A stretch of DNA of 64,000 nucleotides from Candidatus Saccharibacteria bacterium QS_5_54_17. Lineage in GTDB: Bacteria > Patescibacteriota > Saccharimonadia > QS-5-54-17. Position numbers and translations under genes: made by a program. The notes below the pieces were generated by a model, which searched no databases, had not been told where the DNA came from, and saw nothing but the letters and a program-made list of their open reading frames with translations. Below, piece after piece: positions 32,634-42,878 of this stretch (positions are counted from its first letter, which is position 1; each line of letters opens with the position of its first letter). The DNA is taken from NCBI GenBank assembly GCA_003022365.1, contig PXOU01000019.1, forward strand, positions 4,157 through 68,156, given 5' to 3'.

Positions 32634-33221
32634 TTAAAAGGTTTCGAGGTTGGTCGCTGGCCATAGGCGTAACACCAGGGAACCGACTACATTTTCGGTG
32701 GGCACAGTGCCCAGGCGATTGCGTGAATCGGATGAGCCGCTGCTCTGGCGGTTGTCACCGACTACGAAGATATGTTCAGCCGGCACTTCGGTTTCAATGC
32801 TGCCCGATACGCGGGTGGGGGGAACCTCGAGGGCGGCATAGGGATCGAACCCTTCCGGGTGCCCTTGATTAAATACCCTCAGTTCTCCGTTTTCTACCAC
32901 CACCCGTTCTCCGGGCAATCCGATCACCCGTTTAATCAACCGCGGACTGTCAGCTGGGTCCATGACGACAATGTCGCCGCGTTCGGGGAGGTACGACTCG
33001 TCCTGTAAGTAATACCAGGTTGACTCCAGTTTGGAAATGATCAGGTAATCCCCGTCCTGTAGGGTCGGTTCCATGCTTTGGCCGTACACCTGGAACGGCT
33101 TCAAAACGAAGGCCTGCAGCAGGATGGCAGCGGTGATCGCCACCACCCAGGCAATCACAAACTTCAGGAAAGAAAAGTCGCGTGGTTTGGATTGATTCTG
33201 GGAAGCCGGGTTATGGTCCAT
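32634..33221 (-). CDS. lepB: signal peptidase I
   Basis: S26 boxes GQSMEPTL, KRVIGLPGE, GDNRQSSGSSDSR; N-terminal TM helix. Confidence 0.88.
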   Translation of the reverse strand: MDHNPASQNQSKPRDFSFLKFVIAWVVAITAAILLQAFVLKPFQVYGQSMEPTLQDGDYLIISKLESTWYYLQDESYLPERGDIVVMDPADSPRLIKRVIGLPGERVVVENGELRVFNQGHPEGFDPYAALEVPPTRVSGSIETEVPAEHIFVVGDNRQSSGSSDSRNRLGTVPTENVVGSLVLRLWPATNLETF

Positions 33222-33274
33222 AACTACACCAGTATAGCAGGAATTGGGCGGTTATTCATCGATGTTGTCTCCGG

Positions 33275-33304
33275 TTGGCTGCCTGCCTGGTTTTAGGGTA
33301 TACT
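33275..33304 (+). promoter_or_regulatory. candidate promoter TTGGCT-18-TATACT for the LCP gene, in the divergent spacer shared with lepB
   Basis: -10 ends 11 nt before ATG 33316. Confidence 0.45.
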
Positions 33305-33315
33305 AACTCCTAGTT

Positions 33316-34848
33316 ATGCACGAATCGCGCCCCGGTAGCTCAATCGATGGCATGTCGCCTCGGCGGCCGCCCGGCTCAAATGCTTCAAACCACCCGCCCC
33401 AGCAGCCGGTAGCCTCTCAGGAAAAAACAGCTGCGGAGGCGTATGGGGAGCAGCGAGGACATACCCAAGAGGAAGCGATTGCGGAAACCGATCTCCACCT
33501 AACCGGCGAGACTTCGAGCAAACATGGCAACCGCAAAAGCGGGAAAGGGCGTCCTCGCAGCCCCCGATTCCTCACCTGGCGGAAGGTGATGCTGGCGGCC
33601 GGTTTGCTTATATTGGCGCTGTTAGCGGCCGGTGCCGTGGCGTTTTGGCACGTACAAAGCAACTTGATCGTCAACAATTTAGACGGCGGGGCTGCCTTAC
33701 TACAGGAGGATACCGACCCAAGCATGTTGGACGGAGAAGGTGACGGGCGGATTAACGCGCTTTTGATCGGTATTGACGAGAAGAGCGGACTGGCGGATTC
33801 GATTATACTGGCTAGTTTCGATCCGATCGGGAAGGACGTGGTACTACTCAGCATCCCGCGCGATTTGTATCTGGAGACCGACAATTTCGGGCCGGAGAAA
33901 ATTAACGCTGCCCATGCCTACGGCCAGCGGTATGGCTATCAAGGTGGAGGCCCGGAATTGCTGAAAGATACAGTCAGCACCGTCACGGGCGTGCCGATTC
34001 ATTATTATGGCCGGGTGGATTTTTCCGGCTTCAAACAAGCAGTCAACATAATCGAGGGTATTACGGTGAATGTAGAGCAGCCTATCCACGATCCCTATTA
34101 TCCGGACCAGACCCGAACCGGGTATGAACCCCTGCATCTGGAGGCCGGCAAGCAGCATATGGACGGCAAGCAAGCCCTGCGGTATGTTCGCTCCCGTAAA
34201 ACGACCAGCGACTTTGACCGGAGCCGGCGACAACAAAAAGTCCTTATGGCGCTGCGCGAGAAAGTATTATCACGCGGGACACTCGCCAACCCCAATAAAG
34301 TCACCGGGTTATTGCAAACCTTGAGCGGCAACGCCGAGACCAATATGAGCGTAGATGAGATCATGCGGCTACGTGAACTCAGCCGGGACGTCACCCGGGA
34401 TGATATTAAGCGCGTCCAACTTGATACTTCCCAGAATAACTACTTATCGTTCAGCAATGTCCACGGGCAGTCGGTGCTGGTTCCTTCGGCCGGTGATTTC
34501 AGCGAGATTCAAGCCTATGTGCGCACCTTGATGGTCGATAGTTACATCAAAAGCGAGGCGGCTAAAGTCAGCGTGCTCAACGGCACTACCCGAGCCGGGT
34601 TGGCGAGGGAAACGGCAGATTTACTCCGGAGTTACGGATACGATGTGGTAAATGTCGACAACGCATCCAATCAGAAATACACCCAGACCGTGATTTTTAA
34701 CCATTCCGGTGATGAAAACCCTTACACACTACGATATTTGGAAAAACGGTTCGGCGCCGCCGCCAAGCGCCGCCGATCTACCGGGCAAAACAGCGCCTAC
34801 GATATAGAGATCGTACTCGGTAGAGATTATGAACCGAATGCTGAATAA
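33316..34848 (+). CDS. LytR-CpsA-Psr (LCP) family cell-wall glycopolymer ligase
   Basis: Cytoplasmic N-terminus, TM helix, LCP core, C-terminal LytR_C-like region. Confidence 0.85.
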   Translation: MHESRPGSSIDGMSPRRPPGSNASNHPPQQPVASQEKTAAEAYGEQRGHTQEEAIAETDLHLTGETSSKHGNRKSGKGRPRSPRFLTWRKVMLAAGLLILALLAAGAVAFWHVQSNLIVNNLDGGAALLQEDTDPSMLDGEGDGRINALLIGIDEKSGLADSIILASFDPIGKDVVLLSIPRDLYLETDNFGPEKINAAHAYGQRYGYQGGGPELLKDTVSTVTGVPIHYYGRVDFSGFKQAVNIIEGITVNVEQPIHDPYYPDQTRTGYEPLHLEAGKQHMDGKQALRYVRSRKTTSDFDRSRRQQKVLMALREKVLSRGTLANPNKVTGLLQTLSGNAETNMSVDEIMRLRELSRDVTRDDIKRVQLDTSQNNYLSFSNVHGQSVLVPSAGDFSEIQAYVRTLMVDSYIKSEAAKVSVLNGTTRAGLARETADLLRSYGYDVVNVDNASNQKYTQTVIFNHSGDENPYTLRYLEKRFGAAAKRRRSTGQNSAYDIEIVLGRDYEPNAE

Positions 34849-35422
34849 ACTCCGCGTCAGCCGCCCGCAGTGGCAGATTATCCGGCTGGGCCTCAGCGTC
34901 GGGCTCATACTGGCGGTTCTGTATCTGGTTCAGGCCGGTTTGACGTTGATCGCGGTGTTGCTTGTCTTGGCAAGTAAATGGCAAATCATACGCGGCGGGC
35001 CGCGACTCTGGATCCATAATTTTTGGGACAACATCGTCGACATCATATTCGTACTCAGCATCATAGCTTTGCTGGAGGTGTATAGCGGGACTAATATATC
35101 CCTCCTGCAACTGGGCATTGTCGGACTGTATCTGGCCTGGCAGATTCTTATAAAGCCGCACGCGGGCATTCTGGGCCATAGCATACAGGCCTTGTTAACC
35201 ATGGTGTTGGCGATTTCGGTTATTTTTTTGATGAAGTCGCCTATCGGCATAGCCGGCATGATTATACTTGCCTGGATTGTGGCGGCGGGGGGCCGCCCAA
35301 ACAGTATGGCTGCTGGGGCATTGGCTGGTATTCTACCCATTTTGGGGAGGAAGGGTATTATTTCCCCAGGCGATGCTGGTGATTGTGGCCATGGGGTACA
35401 TATTTGGTATCATATACTTTGA
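34829..35422 (+). CDS. hypothetical polytopic membrane protein; the C-terminus probably continues in another frame to 35531
   Basis: Several TM helices; frame change coincides with a G6 run near 35294-35299. Confidence 0.45.
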   Translation: MNRMLNKLRVSRPQWQIIRLGLSVGLILAVLYLVQAGLTLIAVLLVLASKWQIIRGGPRLWIHNFWDNIVDIIFVLSIIALLEVYSGTNISLLQLGIVGLYLAWQILIKPHAGILGHSIQALLTMVLAISVIFLMKSPIGIAGMIILAWIVAAGGRPNSMAAGALAGILPILGRKGIISPGDAGDCGHGVHIWYHIL

Positions 35423-35544
35423 CCACCATCAGAAACGGTTAAGCCGGAAACGACTGTATTCCTATTTGGGTTTGATGGCGGTGATCATTCTGGTACTAAT
35501 CACGGGGAGCGAATGGGTCTCCCGCGTATAAAAAGTCTAGGGGG

Positions 35545-36669
35545 TTGTTGGTGCGCTTGCGACATTTCGGTTGGGCAATTTTTATACTGGTAGTAACGTC
35601 ATTCTTCGGCGGTTTGATCGGGGGTTTCCTGGGCGTCGGCGTACTGGACGATATGCTGTTTACCTCCCCGAACAATGAGCAAGTTACGGTGCAGGAAAGC
35701 TCGGTTGTTACCAAAGTCGCCCAAGAACTGCGCCCCAGCGTCGTCAGCATCGAAACCAAAAAGCCGCCCCGCTTTGATGTCTTCGGGCGCGAGTTCGAAC
35801 GCCGGAGCGGATCGGCCACCGGTGTTGTCGTCTCCCACGAGGGGATTGTGTTGACCAACAAACATGTGGTGCCCCAAGAAAGCGAAATTACCATCCGGAA
35901 CCATCAAGGCAAGACCTACGAGGACGTAGAGGTCATAGATCGGGACCCGATTAACGACATCGCCTTTTTGCAGATAAACACGGATGGGGACTTACAACCG
36001 GCGGAGCTTGGCGATTCGGGGCAAGTGGAGGTCGGGCAGCGGGTCATTGCCATCGGTAACGCGCTGGGCGAATTCAGCAATACGGTAACTTCGGGTATTA
36101 TTTCCGGGCTCGGCCGGCCGGTCACGGCGGCGGGCACCGGCTCCCAAGTAGCCCAACTGCAAGGATTGCTGCAAACTGATGCCGCTATCAATCAAGGCAA
36201 TTCCGGCGGTCCCCTGGTTAATATCGCCGGCCAGGTGATAGGGATAAACACTGCCATAGCCGGGAATGCCGAAAATATCGGCTTCGCCATTCCCGTCAAC
36301 CAGGTCAAATCCGGACTGGAAAGCGTCCAGCAAGAGGGACGGATAATCAAGCCATTCCTTGGCGTTCGCTACATCATGGTTAACCAACAAGTCGTCCAGA
36401 GAGCGGATTTAGACGTAAGCCAGGGCGCCTATCTGCCTGAAGACGGCAAACCCTCCGTCATCTCCGGCAGCCCGGCCGATAAAGCGGGTATCAAACCCGG
36501 CGATGTGATTACCGCCATCGGCGGAGAAAAGATTTCCCGGCAAGATAACAACCTGGCATTGCTGATTAACCAACGTGACGTGGGAGAGGCGGTGCAGGTT
36601 TCACTGGTGCGCGATGGTGAAGAGCAGACAGTGGAAGTAACGCTCGAGGAAGCGCCCCAAGACCTGTAG
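35545..36669 (+). CDS. HtrA/DegP-family serine protease with C-terminal PDZ
   Basis: Trypsin-like triad context (TNKHVV, D-IAFLQI, GNSGGPL); N-terminal TM; start TTG 35545 or GTG 35551. Confidence 0.88.
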   Translation: MLVRLRHFGWAIFILVVTSFFGGLIGGFLGVGVLDDMLFTSPNNEQVTVQESSVVTKVAQELRPSVVSIETKKPPRFDVFGREFERRSGSATGVVVSHEGIVLTNKHVVPQESEITIRNHQGKTYEDVEVIDRDPINDIAFLQINTDGDLQPAELGDSGQVEVGQRVIAIGNALGEFSNTVTSGIISGLGRPVTAAGTGSQVAQLQGLLQTDAAINQGNSGGPLVNIAGQVIGINTAIAGNAENIGFAIPVNQVKSGLESVQQEGRIIKPFLGVRYIMVNQQVVQRADLDVSQGAYLPEDGKPSVISGSPADKAGIKPGDVITAIGGEKISRQDNNLALLINQRDVGEAVQVSLVRDGEEQTVEVTLEEAPQDL

Positions 36670-36830
36670 CAAAAATTACCAGGTGGGAAGGGTTTCCATA
36701 CTTTTTCCTCGCTCTCCCGCTAGTGCTCCTGAATTGTTTACATTCCCTCGGGGCGAGTGATTTTTTGAGTTCCGCCCCACGCGGCCTTAGTTTTTCATCC
36801 TGCCCGGCAGTGATCACGGCAGCGTTTAAT

Positions 36831-37652
36831 TTATATATCAAGCTCCAGGGCAAGCATGAACTGCTCTTCCTGAAGCAGACGGAACCCGGATTGTTGGCCG
36901 GCAGCGATGAGCCGGGGGTGTTGCCACGGCTCTGCCTCGATTGCCAGCAGACCGAAAGAGGAGACATAGTCCGCTGCCTGCCCCAGGAAATCTCGATATA
37001 TTTCTAACCCGTCACGGCCGCCACCATCCAACGCCAGCGAGGGTTCCTGTTCTGCTTCCGCCGAGCTTGCAATAGGTGGCTTCAGGTAGGGAAGATTGGC
37101 CACGATAACATCGAACCAACCATCGATGTTGTCGAACAAATCACTGTTTACCAGCTGTATTTTTGCCTGATGTTGCCGCCCGTTATGCCGGGCGGTTTCT
37201 AAAGCTTGGGATGAAATATCGCTGGCAGTAACGTCTAAGTCGGGGCGGGTGTTTTTAATGGCGACCGCCAGTGAGCCGCTGCCAGTTCCCATATCCAGGA
37301 CCCGGGCATTATCCGGGGCGGTTTCCAGTGTGTAGGCAACCAGTGCTTCCGATTCGGGCCGGGGGATCATCACCTCGCCAGTCACCTCAAAAGTGAGGCC
37401 ATAAAACGCTTTTTCCCCGGTTAAATAGGCAACTGGCACCCCGGCAGCTCGCTGCTGGAGCAACGCCTGGAAGGTCTCCTTGGTGGAGCGGTCCAATATG
37501 TGCTCCAGCGGTTCATCAGCCCGCGCATGCAGCCATTCACGCGGTTTCCCGGTTATGTATTCCAGCAAGACCATAACGTCCAGTTCGGGGGTAGCGGTCG
37601 CCTGTTGGGGTAAGCGTCCTCGGGCCCGGGACAGGTAGGCTTCCAGCTTCAC
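36831..37652 (-). CDS. prmC: release factor glutamine N5-methyltransferase PrmC/HemK
   Basis: SAM MTase motifs, NLPY variant of NPPY; overlaps the prfA stop. Confidence 0.85.
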   Translation of the reverse strand: MKLEAYLSRARGRLPQQATATPELDVMVLLEYITGKPREWLHARADEPLEHILDRSTKETFQALLQQRAAGVPVAYLTGEKAFYGLTFEVTGEVMIPRPESEALVAYTLETAPDNARVLDMGTGSGSLAVAIKNTRPDLDVTASDISSQALETARHNGRQHQAKIQLVNSDLFDNIDGWFDVIVANLPYLKPPIASSAEAEQEPSLALDGGGRDGLEIYRDFLGQAADYVSSFGLLAIEAEPWQHPRLIAAGQQSGFRLLQEEQFMLALELDI

Positions 37653-38704
37653 GACTGCTTCCGGTTTTCGGCGTCGGCCGAGTGCAGGGCGTCCAATATG
37701 GAGTCGATATCGCCCTCCATGATGGAGGGAAGATTGTGCCAGTTGGTATTGATGCGGTGGTCGGTCAATCGGTCCTGGGGAAAGTTATAGGTTCGGATTT
37801 TTTCCGACCGGTCACCGGTACCGATCTGGCTCTGGCGTTGGGCGGCCCGCTGGCGTTGCTCTTCTTCGATCCGGGCGGCCAACAAGCGTGAACGGAGTAC
37901 GCTCAAGGCTTTGGCCCGGTTTTTATGTTGGCTTTTCTCGTCCTGGCATGCCACTGTAGTGCCGGTAGGCAGATGGGTGATGCGGACGGCCGAGTCGGTG
38001 GTGTTGACCGATTGCCCGCCCGGCCCGCTCGCCCGGTAGGTATCGATGCGGAGGTCAGAATCATTAATCTCTACCTCGTGTTCCTCAGCTTCGGGCAGCA
38101 CGGCGATGGAAGCAGTCGAGGTGTGAATGCGGCCGCCGGATTCGGTATCAGGCACTCGCTGCACCCGGTGTACACCGGATTCGAACTTCAACCGGCCATA
38201 GGCGCCCCTGGCGCGAATACCAAAGCTGATCTCTTTAAAACCGCCGATGTCGGAGGTGCTTTGGTTTATAATTTCAATCGGCCATCCCCTATATTCACAA
38301 TACCGGGCGTACATGCGGTATAACTCACCAGCGAACAGAGAGGCTTCTTCGCCGCCGGCTCCGGCGCGGATCTCGACCACGGCCGCTTTATCGTCCCGGG
38401 GATCTTTGGGAATCAAAGCCTGTTCTAACTTGTGCTCGGCTTCCTGTAACTGAGTGTTTAAGTCTTCATATTCGGTTCGGGCCACGGTCGCTATCTCTTC
38501 ATCACCGGAGTCAATCAGTTCTTTGGTTTCCGCCACGCGCTCCCCGAGTGAGTCAACCTGTTGGAACAGGTTCATAATTTCCTGCAGTTCGCCGTGGCGT
38601 TTGGCGACTTTTTTCCCTTCAGAAGTGTTGTAAATATCGGGATCTTGTAGTTTTTGGGTCAGTTCTTGGTACTCCGCCTCGAGTTCCGTCCGCTTATCAT
38701 CCAT
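37649..38704 (-). CDS. prfA: peptide chain release factor 1
   Basis: GGQ motif ([10 protein letters not shown]); PxT-like PDT tripeptide as in RF1; ATG at 38704 (ORF track GTG at 38719). Confidence 0.93.
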   Translation of the reverse strand: MDDKRTELEAEYQELTQKLQDPDIYNTSEGKKVAKRHGELQEIMNLFQQVDSLGERVAETKELIDSGDEEIATVARTEYEDLNTQLQEAEHKLEQALIPKDPRDDKAAVVEIRAGAGGEEASLFAGELYRMYARYCEYRGWPIEIINQSTSDIGGFKEISFGIRARGAYGRLKFESGVHRVQRVPDTESGGRIHTSTASIAVLPEAEEHEVEINDSDLRIDTYRASGPGGQSVNTTDSAVRITHLPTGTTVACQDEKSQHKNRAKALSVLRSRLLAARIEEEQRQRAAQRQSQIGTGDRSEKIRTYNFPQDRLTDHRINTNWHNLPSIMEGDIDSILDALHSADAENRKQS

Positions 38705-38752
38705 ACAATCTCCCCTCACCCGCCAGGATTATCCATCCACACCTTCCGGCGC

Positions 38753-39094
38753 CTATTCGGGGGTATTCTCCTGGTTATCCTTCAAATCCGTGAGTTTTTT
38801 CTGGTTCCGGGTTTCGGAAGACGTCTCAGCCGAGTCAGCTTGTTCTTTGGCTGCTTTTTGCTCCTGCTTTTTCCGCCGGTCTGTCTTTTGGGCGGCTGCC
38901 TCCTGGTGGGCACGGAATCGATCGACGCGGCCGGCGACATCAACCAGCTTTTGCTTGCCGGTGTAGAATGGGTGGCACTCGGCGCAAATTTCGACCTCGA
39001 TGTTGCTGGTCGTCGCCCGGGTTTGGAACGTATTTCCGCAGCCGTGGCACTCGACCGTCGCTTCCACGTAATCAGGATGTATACCTTGCTTCAT
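38753..39094 (-). CDS. rpmE: 50S ribosomal protein L31 (Zn-binding type) with about 45-aa basic/acidic C-terminal extension
   Basis: CHGCG...CAEC motifs. Confidence 0.88.
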   Translation of the reverse strand: MKQGIHPDYVEATVECHGCGNTFQTRATTSNIEVEICAECHPFYTGKQKLVDVAGRVDRFRAHQEAAAQKTDRRKKQEQKAAKEQADSAETSSETRNQKKLTDLKDNQENTPE

Positions 39095-39112
39095 AACCCG
39101 TATACTATAACG

Positions 39113-40157
39113 TCAATAGGGGGAGGGGTCAAGCAAAATAAGAAGTAAGCAGCAGGAAGTAAGAAGTAAGTGGGAAACGGGGAGTAGACGGTAGATGGTG
39201 AGTTTCACCAGGTTGTTCCTGTTGGGTCGTAAGGTAACGGCAGGATCTGACCTGAATATATCACGGCGGTATTCATACCACGAACACACGGTCTCGTAAC
39301 TGGTCCGCCACCCCAGCGCCCGGTGTCGTTTCCGGTAGTTGTGATACAGCACATAAGCATCGATACATGCTTCGGCTTGGAAGTAGTCCGCCAGATGGTG
39401 ATACTGGGTCGTATTGGTCTTGATCTGTTTGACGGTATTCTCGGCCAGTCCGTTGGTCCAGGGGTGCCTGAACTGAGTCAAACGATGCGCTATGCCCAGA
39501 CTTTGACAGTAGGCGGTGAAGTCGGCCGTCTTCCTGGCTCCGCCCCGGCTCTTGGCATACCACCGGTTGGTAAAACAGCCGCCATTGTCGGTTAGGATAG
39601 TCGCCACGGTAAAGGGCAGCTCCCGCTCCAGGCGCCGGAGGAAGTCGATCGAGTTGGCTTTGCTCATACTGTCGTAGAAACCGACCACCAGCCACCTGGT
39701 GGCCCGGTCGATGGCTAAAATGCAGTAGCGTCTCTTACCCTCCAGCCGGGGCAGGTAGAACCAGTCGATATGGATGAAGCCCGGGGCGTAGGGCTTGAAC
39801 TGCCCGGTTCCCGGTTCGTCCCCCGGGTAAACGCCCCAAGTCGTGTCTGTGTAGCGTCCGGTAGGTATTACTACGGGTGCAATGGGGTAGGTACCGGTTG
39901 ACTTCCTGCCATATATTGTCCAGTGGCAGCCGGGCACGGCGCAGGAACAGAATCAGCCGCTGTTCCTCATCGTCCAACGCGTAGTGGACGGTACCGGGCC
40001 GGGAGCTGACGTCGTGGACGTCCTCCCGGCGGCGCCACTTCCGGACGGTTTTCTCCGTGACCATGAGTTGGTCGGCCAGTGTCGCGACAGACAGATCGCT
40101 ATCTTTTACCAATGTCCGTTGATTGATATTGGTAACGGCATTACTATGATATTGCAT
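39113..40157 (-). pseudogene. IS481-family transposase split into two overlapping frames (39735..40157 HTH part; 39113..39937 DDE core)
   Basis: Frame switch at a C5G3 homopolymer 39820-39827; either frame alone is incomplete. Confidence 0.65.
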
Positions 40158-40251
40158 ACGGTAGCTCCTTTCGTTATTGGTTACTATTTTTAACGATACT
40201 ACCGTATGCCTTAATTAACCTGTCAACGGAATAACGTGGTGAAACTTTCCA
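39196..40251 (-). mobile_element. IS481-family insertion sequence, about 1056 bp
   Basis: 24-bp imperfect terminal inverted repeats (39196-39219 TGGTGAGTTTCACCAGGTTGTTCC; 40228-40251 reverse-complement TGGAAAGTTTCACCACGTTATTCC); flanked by 6-bp direct repeats GGTAGA (39190-39195, 40252-40257); HTH plus DDE integrase-core transposase. Confidence 0.7.
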
Positions 40252-40282
40252 GGTAGACAGCAGACAGAAGAAAGAAAACAGG

Positions 40283-40560
40283 GAGTGACAAGCAACAGAC
40301 TCTGAACCTGTCATCCTGAACTTGTTTCAGGATCTGTTTATAGCTGATTCCGAAACTGATCCCGGATCACTTCGACCTTGCTCAGTGCGGGCGGGGTCCG
40401 GGATGACGTCTTCGCAGTGACGAAAAAGAATTGTCATCCTGAACTTGGTTCAGGATCTGTTTCAGAACTGGATTCCGAAACAAGTTCCTACCGGCAAGGC
40501 AGGTTCGCAGTGACAAAGTGGGGTGTCGTCCCGGATCCCGAACCAAGTTCACAGTGTCGG
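40283..40560. repeat. cluster of palindromic repeats: two near-identical 31-bp copies (40308-40338, 40432-40462; TGTCATCCTGAACTTGGTTCAGGATCTGTTT) plus a degenerate inverted copy (40520-40552) and shared flank motifs
   Basis: Read directly; the core ATCCTGAAC-TTG-GTTCAGGAT is a 9-bp-arm palindrome. Confidence 0.75.
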
Positions 40561-40716
40561 GGAGGTGTTTATGCTTGCATTTAGCCCCGAGCGAACGCTA
40601 GTCTATGCTTGTGACATATACCAAAAATTTGCAATTGACAAAGTAATCAGCACAAGCACGTGCATTCCTCCGTCTCGCACGGATATACGCTTGTGTGCCG
40701 GGGAAAGGATGCCGAT

Positions 40717-41742
40717 ATGAGCCAACAAGAAGAAGTTAAATCACTGTTAGAAGCGGGCGCCCATTTCGGCCACCGGACCAGCCGGTGGAATCCCAAAATG
40801 CGGCCGTACATTTACACCGAACGCGGCGGCATTCACATCATTGATCTGGTCCAAACCGCCCAAGCAATGGGTGAAGCGGCCGACTTCGCTCACCGTGTGG
40901 CGAGTGGCGGCGGGCAGATTTTATTCGTGGGGACCAAAAAACATATCGCGCCTGCCATCCAACGCATCGCCCACGATGCCTCTATGCCGTATGTCATCAA
41001 TAGGTGGTTCGGCGGTATCCTGACCAATTTCGACACCATCCTCCGCCGGATCCGTTATTTCAAGAAATTAACCGCCCAACTGGAAAATGACGAATTAAGC
41101 GAAACCTACAACAAGCGGGAAATTACCAAGTTTCAGGAAGAACGGGATAAAATGGCCGCCTCCTTCTCCGGTTTGGCCAACATGGAGGAACTGCCCGGGG
41201 CGTTGTTTATATCGGACGTAAACAACGAAAAAACGGCGGTCCGGGAAGCCAATCGGCTGGGTATTCCGATTATCGCGCTGGTGGACAGCAACTCTGACCC
41301 GGAACCTATCGATTACCCGATCCCGGCCAATGATGATGCCGTCAAAACCGTGTCTTTGATCGCTACTACTATCGCGGAAGCAGCCACCACTGGAGCCAGC
41401 GAGTACGCCTCCGCCGCCAAACAGTCCAAAACCTCCGCCAAGAAAGATTATAAAGATCACAAAGATCAGGCGGCTAAGTCCAAGAATGCTGGGTCGGTAA
41501 CTGAAGACAACACTTCCCAGTCGGATGAGAACCAGTCCAAGCCAACCGATCAGTCAGCAGAAGGAAATTCCCAAGGGGACTCGGCCAATACATCTAAGTC
41601 TGAAGAAGCCGCTTCCCGGTCGAGCAAAACGGCAACCGCGTCCGCCACAAAATCCAAAACCGCCACTTCCGCGGAATCAACCGCTTCCAAGTCGGATGAA
41701 AAGTCGAATAATAGCCAAACAAGGCAGGAGGCTCGCCAATGA
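40717..41742 (+). CDS. rpsB: 30S ribosomal protein S2 with about 100-aa low-complexity S/T/K/A-rich C-terminal extension
   Basis: S2 core to about residue 240, then a compositionally biased tail; internal ATG 40717 of ORF 40660..41742. Confidence 0.93.
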   Translation: MSQQEEVKSLLEAGAHFGHRTSRWNPKMRPYIYTERGGIHIIDLVQTAQAMGEAADFAHRVASGGGQILFVGTKKHIAPAIQRIAHDASMPYVINRWFGGILTNFDTILRRIRYFKKLTAQLENDELSETYNKREITKFQEERDKMAASFSGLANMEELPGALFISDVNNEKTAVREANRLGIPIIALVDSNSDPEPIDYPIPANDDAVKTVSLIATTIAEAATTGASEYASAAKQSKTSAKKDYKDHKDQAAKSKNAGSVTEDNTSQSDENQSKPTDQSAEGNSQGDSANTSKSEEAASRSSKTATASATKSKTATSAESTASKSDEKSNNSQTRQEARQ

Positions 41743-42323
41743 CGATCTCAACCCAAGCTATACAACAACTCCGACAGGCGACTGGGGTGGGTATCATGGA
41801 TGCCAAAAAGGCGCTCCAGGAAGCTGAAGGCGATCACGATAAGGCCATGGAGATTCTCCGCAAGCAGGGCCATGATAAAGCCCAGAAACGGGCTGAACGG
41901 GCCACCGAGTCAGGTATCATCGATACTTACCTGCATATGGGTAAAATCGGCGCCATGGTTATGGTTGAGTGCGAAACCGATTTCGTCGCCCGGACTGATG
42001 AATTTCAGCATTTCGCCCACGATATCGCCATGCATGTGGCAGCTGCCGAGCCGCAGTATATCTCCCCGGATGATGTCCCGGATTCGGTCATAGAGCAGGA
42101 AAAGTCGGTCTACGCGGAAGAAGTGCAGGACAAGCCCGAGCACATCCAAGAACAGGTTATCTCCGGCAAACTGGACAAGTTCTACGAACAAGTCTGCCTG
42201 TATAAGCAACCGTTCATTAAGGACGGGGAGAAAACCATTGAAACTTACTTGGCCGAGCAAATCGCCCAGACGGGAGAGAATATCCGCATAACCGACTTTT
42301 CCCGTATGGAATTAGGGGCCTAA
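41739..42323 (+). CDS. tsf: elongation factor Ts (short form)
   Basis: UBA-like N-terminus, EF-Ts core, 194 aa. Confidence 0.9.
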   Translation: MTISTQAIQQLRQATGVGIMDAKKALQEAEGDHDKAMEILRKQGHDKAQKRAERATESGIIDTYLHMGKIGAMVMVECETDFVARTDEFQHFAHDIAMHVAAAEPQYISPDDVPDSVIEQEKSVYAEEVQDKPEHIQEQVISGKLDKFYEQVCLYKQPFIKDGEKTIETYLAEQIAQTGENIRITDFSRMELGA

Positions 42324-42327
42324 ATTT

Positions 42328-42876
42328 ATGCAGAACGAAGTCAGGGACAAGATGCAATCCACTATCAACCATCTGCATGAACAGCTCAAAACGGTCCGGA
42401 CTGGGCGGGCAAACGCGGCTATGGTGGAAAATATTACCGTGGTGTACTATGACCAGCACATGCCCATCAAAGCCCTGGCCAATATCACCACTCCGGACGC
42501 GACGACCATTACCATCGCTCCGTGGGATCCCAATTCGGTTGAACCGATCGAGAAAGCCTTGCGAGACAACCCGGATGTGGACTTGACCCCTGTCAGTGAC
42601 GGCAAAACCATTCACATCAACGTCCCCACCCCCACCGAGGACCGCCGGGAACAGTTAGTAAAACAAGTCAGTAGTCTGGCCGAGGACGCTCATGTCGCCC
42701 TGCGGAATGTCCGCCATGAGGCGCTCAAAAAATACCAGAACCAGCTGAAAGAGAAGCAGATCAGCCAGGATGAATTCGACCGGGCCAAGAAGCAACTGGA
42801 TGAGCTGGTCCAGGAGTTCGGCAGTTCGGTCGACCGGGCCAGCGAAGATAAAAAACAGGAAGTCCAGACGGTATAG
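42328..42876 (+). CDS. frr: ribosome recycling factor
   Basis: RRF family, 182 aa; directly follows tsf, no pyrH. Confidence 0.93.
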   Translation: MQNEVRDKMQSTINHLHEQLKTVRTGRANAAMVENITVVYYDQHMPIKALANITTPDATTITIAPWDPNSVEPIEKALRDNPDVDLTPVSDGKTIHINVPTPTEDRREQLVKQVSSLAEDAHVALRNVRHEALKKYQNQLKEKQISQDEFDRAKKQLDELVQEFGSSVDRASEDKKQEVQTV

Positions 42877-42878
42877 AC

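Noticed and set aside
40283-40560. Possible CRISPR array
   Set aside because: Only two good repeat copies plus one degenerate inverted copy, irregular spacing, a palindromic unit with conserved flanks, and no cas genes. It is better explained as a REP/MITE-like or IS-associated repeat.
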